DNA of 64,000 nt, taken from the NCBI RefSeq assembly GCF_009914755.1, contig NC_060936.1; one strand, given 5' to 3'. Both the position numbers and the translations under genes were made by a program. Below, one piece after another: positions 1 to 13,659 of this stretch. This DNA comes from the human T2T-CHM13v2.0 reference genome, Homo sapiens. The notes under the pieces are model-generated. The model did no database searches. It had not been told where the DNA came from and saw nothing but the letters and a program-made list of their open reading frames with translations. Positions within the stretch are counted from its first letter, which is position 1, and every line of letters begins with the position of its first letter.

Positions 1-1405
1 AAACCCACTTGATCATGATGAATTATCTTTTTGATGTGCTGGATTTGGTTAGCTAGTATTTTGTTCAGGATTTTTGCATCTACGTTCATCAGGGTAATTA
101 GTCTATAGTTTTCTTTTTTTTGTTGTGTCCTTCCTGGTTTGGGCATCAGGCTGATACTGGCTTCATAGAATGATTTAGGAAGGATTCCCTCTTTCTTAAC
201 CTTTTGGAAGTTTCAGTAGGATTGGTACCAATTCTCTTTTTAATGAATGTCTGGTAGAATTCAGCTGTGAATCCATCTGGTCCTGGGCTTTTTTGTTGTT
301 GGCAATTTTAAAATTATGGATTCAATCCACTGCTTGTTTTTGGTGTCTTTATGGTTTCTATTTCTTCTTGATTTAATCTATGAGTGGTGTATGTTTCCAG
401 GAATTGACCCATTTCCTCTAGGTTTTCTAGTTCATGTGTGTATAGGTGTTCACAGTAGCATCCAATGATCTTTTGTATTTTTGTGGTATTGGTTGTAATG
501 TATCCAGTTTCATTTCTAATTGAGCTTATTTGAATCTTCTCTCTTCCTCACCTGGTTAATCTAGCTAATGATCTATCTATTTTGTTTATTTTTCAAAGAA
601 TCAGCTTTTTATTTCATTAATCTCTTATATTTATTTGTTTGAATTTCATTTACTTTTGCTTTGATCTTTGTTATCTTTTTTCTTCTGCTAGCTTTGGGTT
701 TAGTTTGTTCTTGTTTCTCTAGTCCCTTGAGATACAACATAAGGTTGTTAAAATTTGTGCCCTTCCAGTTTTTGATGTGGGCATTGAGCACTATAAACTT
801 TCCTTTAGCACTGCTGTTGCTGTATCCCAGAGAATTTGATAACTTATTTCATTATTATCATTCAATTCAAATAATTTTTAAAGTTCCATCTTAATTTCAT
901 TGTTAGCTCAGATATCATTGAGGAGCAGGTTATTTAATTTCCATGCGTTTTTATAGTTTTGAGGGTTCCTTTTTGAGTTGATTTCTGGTTTTATTTTGCT
1001 GTGGTTTGAGAAGACACTTATGATTTCGATTTTTAAAAATTTATTGAGGCTTCTTTTCTGGCCTGTCATATGGTCTATCTTGAAGAATGTTACGTGCTGA
1101 TGAGAAGAATGTATATTCTATTGTTCTAGGGTAAAATGTTCTGTAAATATCTGCTAAGTACATTTGTTGTATTATGCCATTTAAGTCCACCGTTTCTTTG
1201 TTGATTTTACGTCTCAAAGATCTGTCTAGTGGTGTCAGTGGTAAATTAAAATCTTCCACTATTGTTATGTTGCTATCTCATTTTTTAGGTCTAGTAGTAA
1301 TGTTTCATAAATCTGGGAGCTCCAGTGTTAGGTGTATATATATTTAGGATGGTAATATCTTTTTGCTGGGTTGACCCTTTTATCATTATATAGTGACCGT
1401 CTTTG

Positions 1406-1436
<31 letters not shown>

Positions 1437-2214
1437 TACCATTGGTGCTTTGAAGTCAGTTTTGTTTGATATAAGACTAGCTACTCCTGCTTGCTTTTGT
1501 TTCCGTTTGTGTGGAATATCTTTTTCCACCCTTTTGCCCTCAGTTTATATGAATCCTTCCACAAGGATTCATATAATGAATCTCCTGAAGACAGCCAATA
1601 TTTGGATTGTGATATTTTAAAATCCATTCTGCCATTCTGTACCTTTTAAGTGGAGCATTTAGGCCATTTACATTCAACGTTAATATTGAGATGTGAGATT
1701 CTGTTCTCTTCATCATAGTAATTTTTACTTAGTTTTTTTCATTATGTCATTGTTTTATAGGCCTTGTGAGTTTTAAGCTTTCCAAAGGTTCGATTTTGAT
1801 ACATATTGGGCTTTTCTTCAACGTTTAGAACACCTTTTAGCACTTCTTGTAGTGCTGGTTTGGTAATGACAAATTCCCTCAAGATCTGTCTGAAAATCAC
1901 TTTATTTCTTCTTCATTTGTGAAACTTAGTTTTGTGGGATATAAAATTCTTGGCTGACAGTTGTTCTGTTTAAGAAGGTTGAAGATAGGACCCCACACCT
2001 CTCTGGCTTGTCAGGTTTCTGCTGTTAGTCTGATAGGTTTTCCTTTGTACGTTACCTGATGTTTTTGTCTTACTGCTCTTGGAATTCTTTGCTTCATGTT
2101 TACTTTAGATAACCTGATGACTATATGCCTTGGTAAATATCTTTTTGCAATAAATTTACCAAGAGTTATTTGAGCTTCTTGAATTTGATATCTAGATCTC
2201 TAGCTAGACCAGGG

Positions 2215-2277
2215 AAGTTTTCCTCAATTATTCCCTCAAATAAGTTTTCCTCAATTATTCCCTCAAATAAGTTTTCC
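2215..2277. repeat. 27-bp tandem duplication within L1
   Basis: aagttttcctcaattattccctcaaat, about 2.3 copies. Confidence 0.95.
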
Positions 2278-3108
2278 AGACTTAATATTTTCTCTTCTCT
2301 CTCAGAAATGCCAATTATTCTTAGGTTTGGTCATTTTCCATAATCCCATATTTCTTGAAGACTGTATTCATTTCTTTTGATTCTTTTTTCTTTATTTTGT
2401 CTGACTGGGTTAATTCAAAGGCCCTGTCTTTGAGCTCTGGAATTCTTTCTTCTATTTGTTCTAGTCTATTGTTAAAACTTTCCACTGCATTTTGTAACGC
2501 CCTAAGTGTATCTTTCATTTCCAGAAGTTCGGATTGCTTTTTCTGGATGATATCTATCTCTCTAGAAAATGTTTCAGTCATATCCTGAACTGCTTTAATT
2601 TCTCTATGAGGGTTTTCATCATTCTCTAATATCTCCCTGAGTAGCTTAATAATCAACCTTCTGAATTACTTATGTGGCATTTCAAAGATTTCATCTTGGT
2701 TTGGATCCATTGCTGGAGAGCTAGTGTGATCTTTCAGAGATGTTATAGAATCCTGTTTTGTCATATTACCAGAGTTACCTTTCTGATTCCTTCTCATTTG
2801 GGTAGACTATTCCTTCTAATTATTCTTAAATTTATGTTTGATTTGACTGTGTTTTTTTTTAATATTCCTTTTTTCCCCTAAAAGATGTGACTTTAATGCT
2901 TATAGTTAATTATTGCCTAACTTAGTTCTTGGTACTTTCAGGGGTGAAGACTCTGTAAGATTTCCTTGGTTATAGTCTTTGCATGATGGCTTTCTCATAT
3001 GCTGGTTATATTAAGAACGTTCTCAGTGTGTGAGCAAGTTCACTGTTTACTATGGGGTTGGAATGGCAGAGGTCTCTTGATGCTTATCTCATTCTTCCAT
3101 GGCATGTG

Positions 3109-3109
3109 C

Positions 3110-3152
<43 letters not shown>

Positions 3153-3156
3153 TTTT
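3109..3156. repeat. (TTTA)n microsatellite
   Basis: Read directly. Confidence 0.95.
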
Positions 3157-4229
3157 TCCCCAGTATTTTATTTGCTGGTTTGATGGTTCAGGCTTCAGGC
3201 CAATAGGGGAGGTGTCCCTTGACAGGAACCAGCTGTGGCTAAAGCAAGTAGGTAAATGCAATACCCAATGGTGGGTAGAGGTCCCAGCCTTGACAGAGGT
3301 GGCTGGAGGAGCTCACAGTGATTTGCACTAAGGTCTTATCAAGGGGAAGAGTTGCAGTTACCTCAGCTCCCCTGTCAGGTCAGCAGGAAAGTTATCCACC
3401 TCTCAGACACACTCCTGTCCTAGTGCTCTGGCTATGCAGATCGGATAGGCACCTCTTTTCATCTGTAGGAATGTTGATACTCCATGTAGAAAGCAAGTGA
3501 CTCTGTGTCTTATGCAACCCTGACCCTGTAGGGTGCTCCTCCTGTGGGGATGCAGTAACCCTGACATGTTTCAGAAAGGCTGTCTATTGTTGTACCCATG
3601 CTGAGTTCCCATGGGAGAAGCCCCAACTGTGCCTGCCATGGTGGACAAGGGGGGAATGACATCTCCTTCTCCAAGGCCTATCAAATGCACCAGGGCTGAT
3701 TGTTGGGTTAGAGCTGAAGAATTTCCCTGCTGAACCCAGCACTGGAACTGTGCTTCTGCTGAAGGAAACTTCATATCAGCAGAAAGATCTGGTGCTCAAG
3801 GCCTGCCATCCAGGTCCTTCTGAACCACAGGGTATTCCCTTGATTTGGTACACTCCCCCTTCTCCTAGGAGGTGGGAATCCTGGAAGCTAGACTATTATG
3901 AATGTTGTTGAAGAGTGAATTTCTTATCAAATTTACTATGTATTTGTGAAATATACCTCTTACTATTTCCCACTTAATTATCTTTAAAGTTTTGTTAGAC
4001 AACAAACAGCTGTTTCAGTTTCCTCTGCATTGGCAAATTACAATTACCATCATCATGACATAGACATGCTTTTCTATGTTTGTATATTAAAGGATATATA
4101 CTGAGCTTTGAGCATTGCTTAAAATGAAGGTGAGCTGAAGAGTGGGAACAATTGGGTCAGGCAAAATGTGAGACTTGATTAGCATTGCCTATATAAAGTT
4201 AGGCATTGTTTACAGGTTTTAATTCAGTG

Positions 4230-5570
4230 CTACAAGCATGTATGTCTTTAGTAATTTATAAGACATTCAATATGGGGGGGGGACATTTTTCAAATATAAT
4301 GTGATTTATATTTTTTATTGTTGATTCATATTTCATTATATTATGATTTCAGATTGTGACTTATTTCTCTGATGTGTTGAAATTGCCACAATGACCTAAT
4401 AAGTGGTCAATTTTTCTCAGGGTTTTATGTGTGCTTGAAAAGAATATATATATTCTGTATTGATGGGCACAAAGTCCTAGATATGTCTATTAAATCAAGC
4501 TTATTAATTCTATTATTCAATAGTTCTAATATTATATTTCTTCATTTGTCAATATTCTGAATGAAACATGACATATTAAAATCTTGCAAATATTGTAGAT
4601 TTCTGTTTCTCAAAATCCTATCAGTTTTGGCTTTTAATGTTTCAAGGCTGTGTTGTGTATTGTTGTATGTAAAAAAAATTACGGCTATGATATCTTCTTG
4701 GTATTGTGCTTTCTGTGGTTTGATTCTTTTAATATTATAAAGTATTCCTCTTTATCCTTTTTAATGTTTTTAGCCTTCAATTAAATTTTGACTAATGATA
4801 GTCCTGCAATGCCTTTCTTTATGTTGGTTTTGCTTGATCTTTCCTATTTTAACCCAATTCTTTCAAACTTTCTGTGTCACTTTGATTTAGGTTTTACTCT
4901 TATAAAAAAGCATATAGCAAGAATTTTAAAAATTGCATGCAATATAATCTCTTTGTCTTTCATTAGTTATCTTCTCCTTCGCATTTTTGGTTTGCCATGT
5001 TTCTTCTTTGCTTCACTCTTTTTTCCAAGAACTAGGGACATTTTAATTAATAAATTGTTGCTTTATTCTTTTAGTCTTCATTATTGGTTTCGAAGATATA
5101 TTTTCCTAATTTTTAGTGGTTTCTCTTAAAATTTTTACCAGAAATGTTTTTTAACAAAAATAAAAATTATTAAGTACCTTTGTTTCTCTAGTTCTTTAGC
5201 AAACCTCTATCTTGCTTGTTTTTATTGTCTGGAAATTTAATATGCCCAGCTGCTCATTCTCAGCAGAGGGGCAGACTTTCTGGCCCTAGCTCCAGTGAAG
5301 CTCTTTTAGACTCCATTACCATTAAGAATGCAATCTCCCCACTGCTCTGCCCACTGCTGGACCAAGTCACGAGCTGGGCTGCTATTCAAGTCCCACTTTC
5401 TATTTTGTGCTTCTGATCCAGTTGAGCATCAAGATATTTTCTTTGCTTTTCAGCACAAGTAACGTTTATAATTTTCTGTTTTTCTATTTTTTCTTTCATT
5501 ATTGTTTGGAACACTGGGCAGGAGAAAATAGGGGAAGGATTGCTTTAACAAAAACTTGACAGATCTTGCC
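4230..5570 (-). mobile_element. Ancient L1M(E)-type fragments
   Basis: T-rich degenerate antisense L1 motifs such as gggcacaaagtcctagatatgtctatt. Confidence 0.55.
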
Positions 5571-5644
5571 ATGATGACAGAGCCATTATACTTCTATAAT
5601 AAGAAAAATGTTTAAATTAATTAAAAAATGAATACAGTACAAAC

Positions 5645-6000
<356 letters not shown>

Positions 6001-6749
6001 TTAAATTAGTTGCTGCAATAAGTATGATACGGGGAAAGTACTTTTATTCTTTTTACTTTCTATATATTGAACAAAATTTAGTAAAACTTTATTCTATTTT
6101 ATAATGAGAATACATATTTTTGAGCTACTAGAAGAGAAAAGAAGCATTATATTAGTAGCTATGCTAAAAATTTTAAAGTAATACAATCCAACAGCAATTA
6201 AAAGGTAGGCATTTTAAGTCAGCTCATACCTTCAGAAAGGTATGCCACCGTATCTCAAGATTTACACAAATCACTTTTACACACGTGGTTATAGTAACCA
6301 AAGTATGCTTCAGTTGAAATGATAATCCAGCATCCTCATAGATGCCTGTGACTAAAGGTCAGTTAGTTTCAAAAGGAATGGAGTGCTTAGCTGATTCAAT
6401 GCTCTCGACTTGTTTACGGCATAGCTTTTAGCATTCCATTATTCTCTTTTTATTGCCTTTATGCACAGGTGAAAAACACAGAAAACACTAGATGATTATT
6501 TGGTAATAAATTGAATGGTTCTATGGAAATGAAAAGCATAGAAAACCTATGTGATTAAATGGCAACTGCAGTTTTTCTCTGGATTCTGCATATAAATAGA
6601 ATAGGTTCTCCCACAGAGAATGAGCCTGGCTAAATCTGATAGTTAAATATACAGCTCTGGATGTAATAATAGTCTTTGAACCTTCTTGAATCCCAGTATC
6701 TAGAGTGCTTTAAGCTATTATTTTGCCAAGTACTGTAGATAAAGCCTCT

Positions 6750-6890
6750 CTGTTACCCTATGTTTAATATGTCTTTGTTGTCTTTGTGTCTTACACACCT
6801 AGTTGACCTGGAAAATAGTATGTCCTCAACAAACGTTTGTGGAACAAATGAATTGGTGGATAGATGGATTAATGAATGAATGATTTTATG
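6750..6890 (+). mobile_element. L2 3' end fragment
   Basis: ctcaacaaacgtttgtggaacaaatgaa...aatgaatgaatg tail. Confidence 0.6.
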
Positions 6891-7693
6891 AAAAGAGATG
6901 GTTCTGAACAGTAAAAGGAAACACTGAATTATTTGAATAATGCACTGAGAACTACAGTGATTTCTCAATGCCAGATTTGCTTCTGAATTCTTATCTCCTT
7001 CAACAAACTATTCCCCTATTCTGTTTTAGTTTCCACAACTGCAATATGACATCTGATGATAAATGTGATGAAATCACAGATCTGGATATATTTTGTACAT
7101 TATTTATTGACTGAGATTAAATAACAAAATTATTTTTAATTCTCTATTTTTCTAAATTATTCAAACCTCATCTGTTAATACCCAAAAATAACACCTAAGA
7201 ATAACCTAGTTTTCTCTTTTCCCTTTTTGTATAAATTGCCTCTGAAAGGCCAATTGAAGAACTATTATGAGCTTCTTGAATTTGTGTGTTCTAATATAAA
7301 CATAAAATGTAATCTATTAGATAAAATCTAGAATACAATATAATCAAGGTAAAATTGTTACTTTTTAAACATACAGTGTGACTGTATTGTATGTCAGTTA
7401 GTTGTGTTAATGTTACTTAGAGTCTAGGACTATGTAAAGACAGAACTAGTAGTCTTCATATAATACTAAATGAAAAGAAAATGAATTAGTAAGTCTGCAG
7501 TAGATATATCTGACAAGTCTAGAAAATGCAGGTAAGGTGAATAGTTAAATATGAGACTACAAGCATTACGTAAGATTGTAAGATTTCTACAAGATTATAT
7601 TTTCAGTATAAAACTATTTCCCAATTAATGTTGTATGCAGCAGCTGCTAAATAGAGCAAAGTTACTGAGTGATTCCATGAAGTAAGAGCTTAA

Positions 7694-7985
<292 letters not shown>

Positions 7986-8046
7986 TTAGTATGTGCTGAA
8001 ATTACACAATTGTGAGTTCCAAGAGCTATAATGATATTGCCTCTTT

Positions 8047-9772
8047 TTTAATTTTTATTTTAGTTTCAAGGCTACATTTTCAGATTTGTTATATAGGTAA
8101 ACTCGTGTCACAAGGGTTTGTTGTACAGATTTTTTAATCACTCAAGTACTAAACCTAGTATCCAATACTTATTTATTCTGATCCTCACCCTCTTCCCACC
8201 CTCCACCCACAAGTAGGCCCCAGGGTCTGTTGTTCCCTTCCTGGTGTCCATCATTTAGCACCCAATTTTAAGTGAGAACTTCTCACTTAAATGATGATGA
8301 GCACTTCTCATCATTTAGCACCCAATTTTAAGTGAGAACATGCAGTATTTGGTTTTCTGTTCCTGTGTTAGTTTGCTAAGGATTACAGCCTCTAGCTCCA
8401 AGGCTCAAAAAATAAACTCAAAATCATGCAATTACATGGAAATTAAACAACCTGCTCCTGAACGACTTTTGGGTAACTAATAAAATTAAGGCAGAAATCA
8501 AGATGTTCTTTGAAACTAATGAGAGCAAAGATACAACATACCAGAATCTCTGGAACACAGCTAAGGCAGTGTTAAGAGGGAAATTTATAGCATTAAATGC
8601 CCACATCAAAAATTTAGAAAGATCTCAAATTAACAACCTAACATCACAACTAAAAGAACTAGAGAACCAAGGGCACCCCCAAAGCTAGCAGAAGACAAGA
8701 AATAACTGAAATCAGAGCTGAAATGAAGGATATCAAGACATGAAAAACCGTTCAAAAGAGCAACAAATCCAGGAGCTGATTTGTTAAAAAAATTAATAAG
8801 ATAGGCCACTAGTTAAACTAATAAAGAAGAAAAGAGAGAAGGTCTAAATAAACACAATCAGACATGACAAAGAGGATGTTACCACTGACCCCACAGAAAT
8901 GCAAATAACCATGAGAGGCAACTATGAACATCTCTATGCACATAAACGAGAAAACCTAGAAGAGATGGATGAATTTCTGGACACATACACTCTTCCAAGA
9001 CTAACCCAGGAAGGAACTGATTCCCTAAACAGCCCAATAACAAGCTCCAAAATTGAATTAGGAATAAATAGCCTAACAACCAAAAAAAGCCTATGACTAG
9101 ACTGATTCACAGCCAATTTCTACCCAATATACAAAGAAGAGCTGGTACCATTTCTACTGAAACTATTTCAAAAAATTGATAAGGGACTCCTTGCGACCTC
9201 ATCCTATGAGGCCAGCATCATCCTGATACTAAAACCTGCCAGAAGCACAATAAAAACAAGAAACTTCAGGCCAATATACTTGATTAACATTGATGCAAAA
9301 ATCCTCAACAAAATACTTGCAAACTTAATCCAGTAACAGACCAAAAAGCTAATCCACCACAATCAATTAAGCTTCATCCCTGGGATGCAAGGTAGGTTCA
9401 ACATACACAAATCAATAAATGTGATTCATCACATAAACAGAACTAAAGACAAAAAACACATGATTATCTCAATAGATGCAGAAAAGGCTTTCAATAAAAT
9501 TCAACATAAAACCTCTCAATAAACTAGGTATTGAAGGCACAGACCTCAAAATAATAAGAGCCATATATGACAAACCCACAGCCAACATCATACTGAATGA
9601 GCAAAAGCTGGAAGCATTCCCCTTGAAAACTGGCACAAGATAGGATGCCTTCTCTCACCACTCCTATTTCACGTAGTATTGGAAGTCCTGGCCAGATCAA
9701 TCAAGCGAGAGACAGAAATAAAGGGCATCCAAACAGAAATAGAGGAAGTCACACTATCCCTGTTTGCAGACA
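8047..9772 (-). mobile_element. L1PA (older subfamily) insertion with 5' inversion: 3' end on minus at 8047-8400, inverted ORF2 segment at 8401-9772
   Basis: TSD atattgcctcttt at 8034-8046 and 9773-9785; ORF2 peptides at 8503-8688 and 8899-9096 on the plus strand. Confidence 0.9.
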
Positions 9773-10044
9773 ATATTGCCTCTTTCAGGAGCATTGAAAA
9801 TAACTCTTGTCAGGGTTTCAACTGCACACTAGCCAGGATAATCTAAATTTAAATATTACAATGTATAAGCAAAAATAGTAGTTAAAAATCTGTATCTTTA
9901 GCAGATGCAAGGTTATTGCAGAAGTTTAAGGAGGGTGATGCAATCAGATTTGTGGTTTTAAGATTACTTTGACTGCAATGTGAATAATAAATTCACATTT
10001 CTACAAAGAAGATACAATCTACAGAATCTCTGGGACACACCTAG

Positions 10045-10147
10045 GGAAGTGTTACAAGGGAAACAGGACTTTAGGAAACTATTATAATAGTCCAAGGAAG
10101 TGTTACAAGGGAAACAGGACTTTAGGAGACTATTATAATAGTCCAGG
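10045..10147. repeat. 51-bp tandem duplication
   Basis: ggaagtgttacaagggaaacaggactttagga(a/g)actattataatagtcca, two copies. Confidence 0.95.
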
Positions 10148-11143
10148 ACAGTTATTGGTGGTGACGGAGATTAAGAGAGGCAGATGGATTTGAGAGATAT
10201 TTAGGGATAGAAATGTACATAATTACCCTCATCCTACTGTTTATTCCAGCTAAAAGTCACAAGACCTGGCGCTTATTTGAATATGAGGAATTGATAGGGA
10301 GGTTGCAATAATGACCTTCAGGCTGGATGAATAATTAAATCATTTACTGAGATGAGAAATTCAGCATGAAGAAAAGGTTTGGGGGGAAAGATGTGGGAGT
10401 TTAGTTCTAGATATGCTAAGGTTGAGGTGCCCTTGGAGATATATAAGTAAATAAGTAGATGATATTAAGTAGATATACAAGTAAAGATATTAGATGGATT
10501 AATAGATGGGCCTGGAGTTAAGAGAAGTGGTCTAGCCTGGAGATAAGTATGTCGGAGTCTTCAGCATGTTGATTGTAACAGAAGCCGTACTATAGATGAG
10601 ATAATTTATAGAGAGAAAAAAGTAAAAAGAATAAAGAGGACTGTTTACGAGCCTTGAGGAACTCTCAACTTTTAGAGTCATGCAGAAAAATGTCAGCCAT
10701 CACAATAGAGAAGGAGCACCATAATAAGATGAAAATCTACCTTAGACGACAAAGGGAAGAAAGGGTCTCCAGATGGAGGTGTCGCCAACCTGTGCTTCTG
10801 AGAGGTTAAGAAAAAGTGAGGATCGAGAAATGCCCTTTTTGATTTTGTGACATCAAGGTCATTAGTAACTTTAGAAAGCACATTTCCACAGAGTAATGGG
10901 GAATAGACACCTGACTAAAGTGGGCTGAGAAGTGAAAACAAAGAAGGAAAATGAACATATTGAGAGCACGGGAATAAAGAGAGAACACTAGCTGAGTCGT
11001 CAGGTGGGATCAAGGAAGTTTTCATTTATTGTTTAGTTGTTTTTGCTGTTAGTTGTTCTTGTGGTTTGCTACTGCTTTTCAAACGATAAAGACCCGAGCA
11101 GATTTAATTGTTGATGTGCACAATGCAGTAAAAAAGGACAATT

Positions 11144-11419
<276 letters not shown>

Positions 11420-11998
11420 TTAAAATTATAGAGGAGAGAAAGACTGAATGCAGGGGTCAAATTCCTGAGGAGGAAAAGACCTGGCGCATAGAAGATGGAG
11501 CCAACCTTGGGCAGGAGGAGGAAAACCCCCTGTATCTTAACAGGAGCAGGGAGCAAGAGGAAGGTTACAGGGCAGTTGCATTTAATCACCTAATGAAGGA
11601 AGTTAACAAAGTTCCATCTGGTAAATTCTATTTTCTTTATGAATTAAAATATGAGACCATCTGCTGAGAGTGAGAGACAAGGGAGGAAAAGTATCTCAGG
11701 ATTGAGGAAAGCAATACAGAACAAGAGTGGAATGTGAAGCAGTGTGGTAAGTCCACTCTACTTTCATGAGCATGAACTTATGAATTAATGAATGTTTACC
11801 TTGTTATTATACATACACTGACATTATAGGAGAAATTCTGTTGCATAGGATAGCATACACGACATCATAAAGAGCCTATATTCCCACATCATCAAATCAT
11901 CAACCTAGCAGGAGTTCATTGTATTTTTAGAAATCTTACTAGTCTACAATTCATGTTATTCACACACAGTGGAAACAAAATTGATTTCAGGGGAGAAA

Positions 11999-12000
<2 letters not shown>

Positions 12001-12042
<42 letters not shown>
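12001..12042. repeat. (GT)21 microsatellite
   Basis: Perfect GT repeat. Confidence 0.98.
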
Positions 12043-12044
<2 letters not shown>

Positions 12045-13659
12045 TTTATAATATTGTTTTCCAACTACAACACATTTCCACTAAGTTGAACAAATTGAGA
12101 TGATTATATTTTTTAATTGGTAAACTGTCCATATGGATGAAGGAGGCAGGTAATTCCCTTCAGGTACTGCTTTCCTTGATTTCTCTCTTTGCCCATCCAT
12201 GAACTAGCACTGGTTTACAAATTTATCATGTAGATATCTGCTTTAATAAATGGCTAAGACAGCACTGAGCACAGAGCAAATGCCAAGTAAATAATTACTG
12301 TTTGATAAAAGTGCTTCTTATCAGCAAGGCCAGTATTTGTGTGTAAAATAATGCTTCCATGGGGCTCAAAAATAGTTTGCTCTCTTAAATGAGTTAAATA
12401 TACCCACAGAAATCATGTTGACACTACCCACTTGCTCAGCAGAGATAAACATTTGTTCTAGTCCAGTCTGAATTCATTTAATTTCAAAATTTTGGCAATA
12501 GAATTAAGGAAGTTTCACCATTCAAAAAATATTTAGGTATAAACAAGTTACAGAATCACCCTCACACTCCTACCTATTTCAGATGTTGCAGAAGGTATAG
12601 TAGAGTGTGGATTATTCACCAGATGGCATTTTCATTTCAGGTTGACCACAGTCCAGTAAGCACATTAGCAAATTGAACAGAGGTAACTAAGACCCACACT
12701 ATCTTGGCATGCAGCTGCTGAATGTGTCCTTTTTTTATCAGAGATCATCTATTCTCTTTCAACATGATTGGAAGCAGTCTTTGCTGGTGGTTTTGTAAAT
12801 TGCTCATTAATCAAAATGGATTTATCGGGCATCCATAGTATACAAAGCCTGTACTAAGTGATTCAAAATAACGGTTGCCTAGTTACCTTAAAATGGAAAA
12901 ATTCCCCTAGGAAGGTTAAAATCAAAGGAAAAGGAGACAAGAAAACATTATATTTGATGACACCTGGCTATTTCATAAGGGATTTTACTGCCATTACAGC
13001 CATTTTCTTTTAAACATAATATCCATCCATTCATTCGTTCATTCAATTATTCATTCATTTATGCAAGTGAGTCACCACTATAATTAAACAAGGTCTTTAG
13101 CTTGATGCTATAAAGGAAACAAACAGGATTCAATAGTGGTCGCATAAACATGAGTCTTAGCAAATTCACCAAGCAAGTGCTAGACTACTGTTGGTCTTTA
13201 TTTAATAAGTCCAGTACTAGAACAATCTCATTCTTTACTTCATGTGAAATCTGTAGTCATGAGGCATTAGTAAAATGCTCCTTGGAAAGAGTATCCTTCA
13301 TTTTCTGGTTGAATTGTAAAATCTTGCTGAATACAGATCTACTAATAAGTTGCTTTTATTTAAATTAAACTAGTACATCTGATAATTTTTTTTTTCCTGT
13401 GGTCAGGATTAGATTTATTTTGTACTAGCCCTTCTAGTTTTTAATACAAGAGACCACAGAAAGGAAAGTTAACTTTGATTTTCTGAGCAAATGCATACTT
13501 ATACCATGAATACACAATGTTGCCAGTCACAACCAACCCTCAGCTGCTCAGCCCCTGAGAAATGAAAGCCAGGCAGGTTGTGTGCTGTACTGTGGCCCAA
13601 GCATCCTCAATTGCCTCTCCCTATTATGTATTGAATTTGTGTGCTCAGTTTTAATCCCT

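Larger units (their letters stand above)
1..3910 (-). mobile_element. L1 (L1PB/L1PBa-like) 5' half: 5'UTR, ORF1 and the start of ORF2, degenerate; continues beyond the window start
   Basis: ORF fragments at 609-791 and 1041-1259 resemble L1 ORF2 endonuclease/linker; 2321-2656 resembles the ORF1 coiled coil; more GC-rich 5'UTR-like sequence at about 3200-3900. Confidence 0.9.

Noticed and set aside
6440-6475. Plus-strand acceptor followed by GT (tttatgcacag|gtgaaa)
   Set aside because: It is antisense to the gene, the donor half is weak, and such motifs are expected by chance.
10045-10147. Short direct repeats as a CRISPR-like array
   Set aside because: There are only two adjacent copies with no spacers, in eukaryotic intronic DNA.
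12565-12660. Splice-like motifs (minus TAG|gtagga; plus ttcag|atgttgcagaag|gtatag)
   Set aside because: The minus-strand donor has no good matching acceptor, and the plus-strand 12-nt micro-exon has a weak donor and no supporting context.
12878-12905. Other minus-strand AG|GT motifs (ttttaag|gtaact here; also about 51780 and 62600)
   Set aside because: The acceptor or donor halves are weaker than at 15716 and are consistent with chance in AT-rich DNA.
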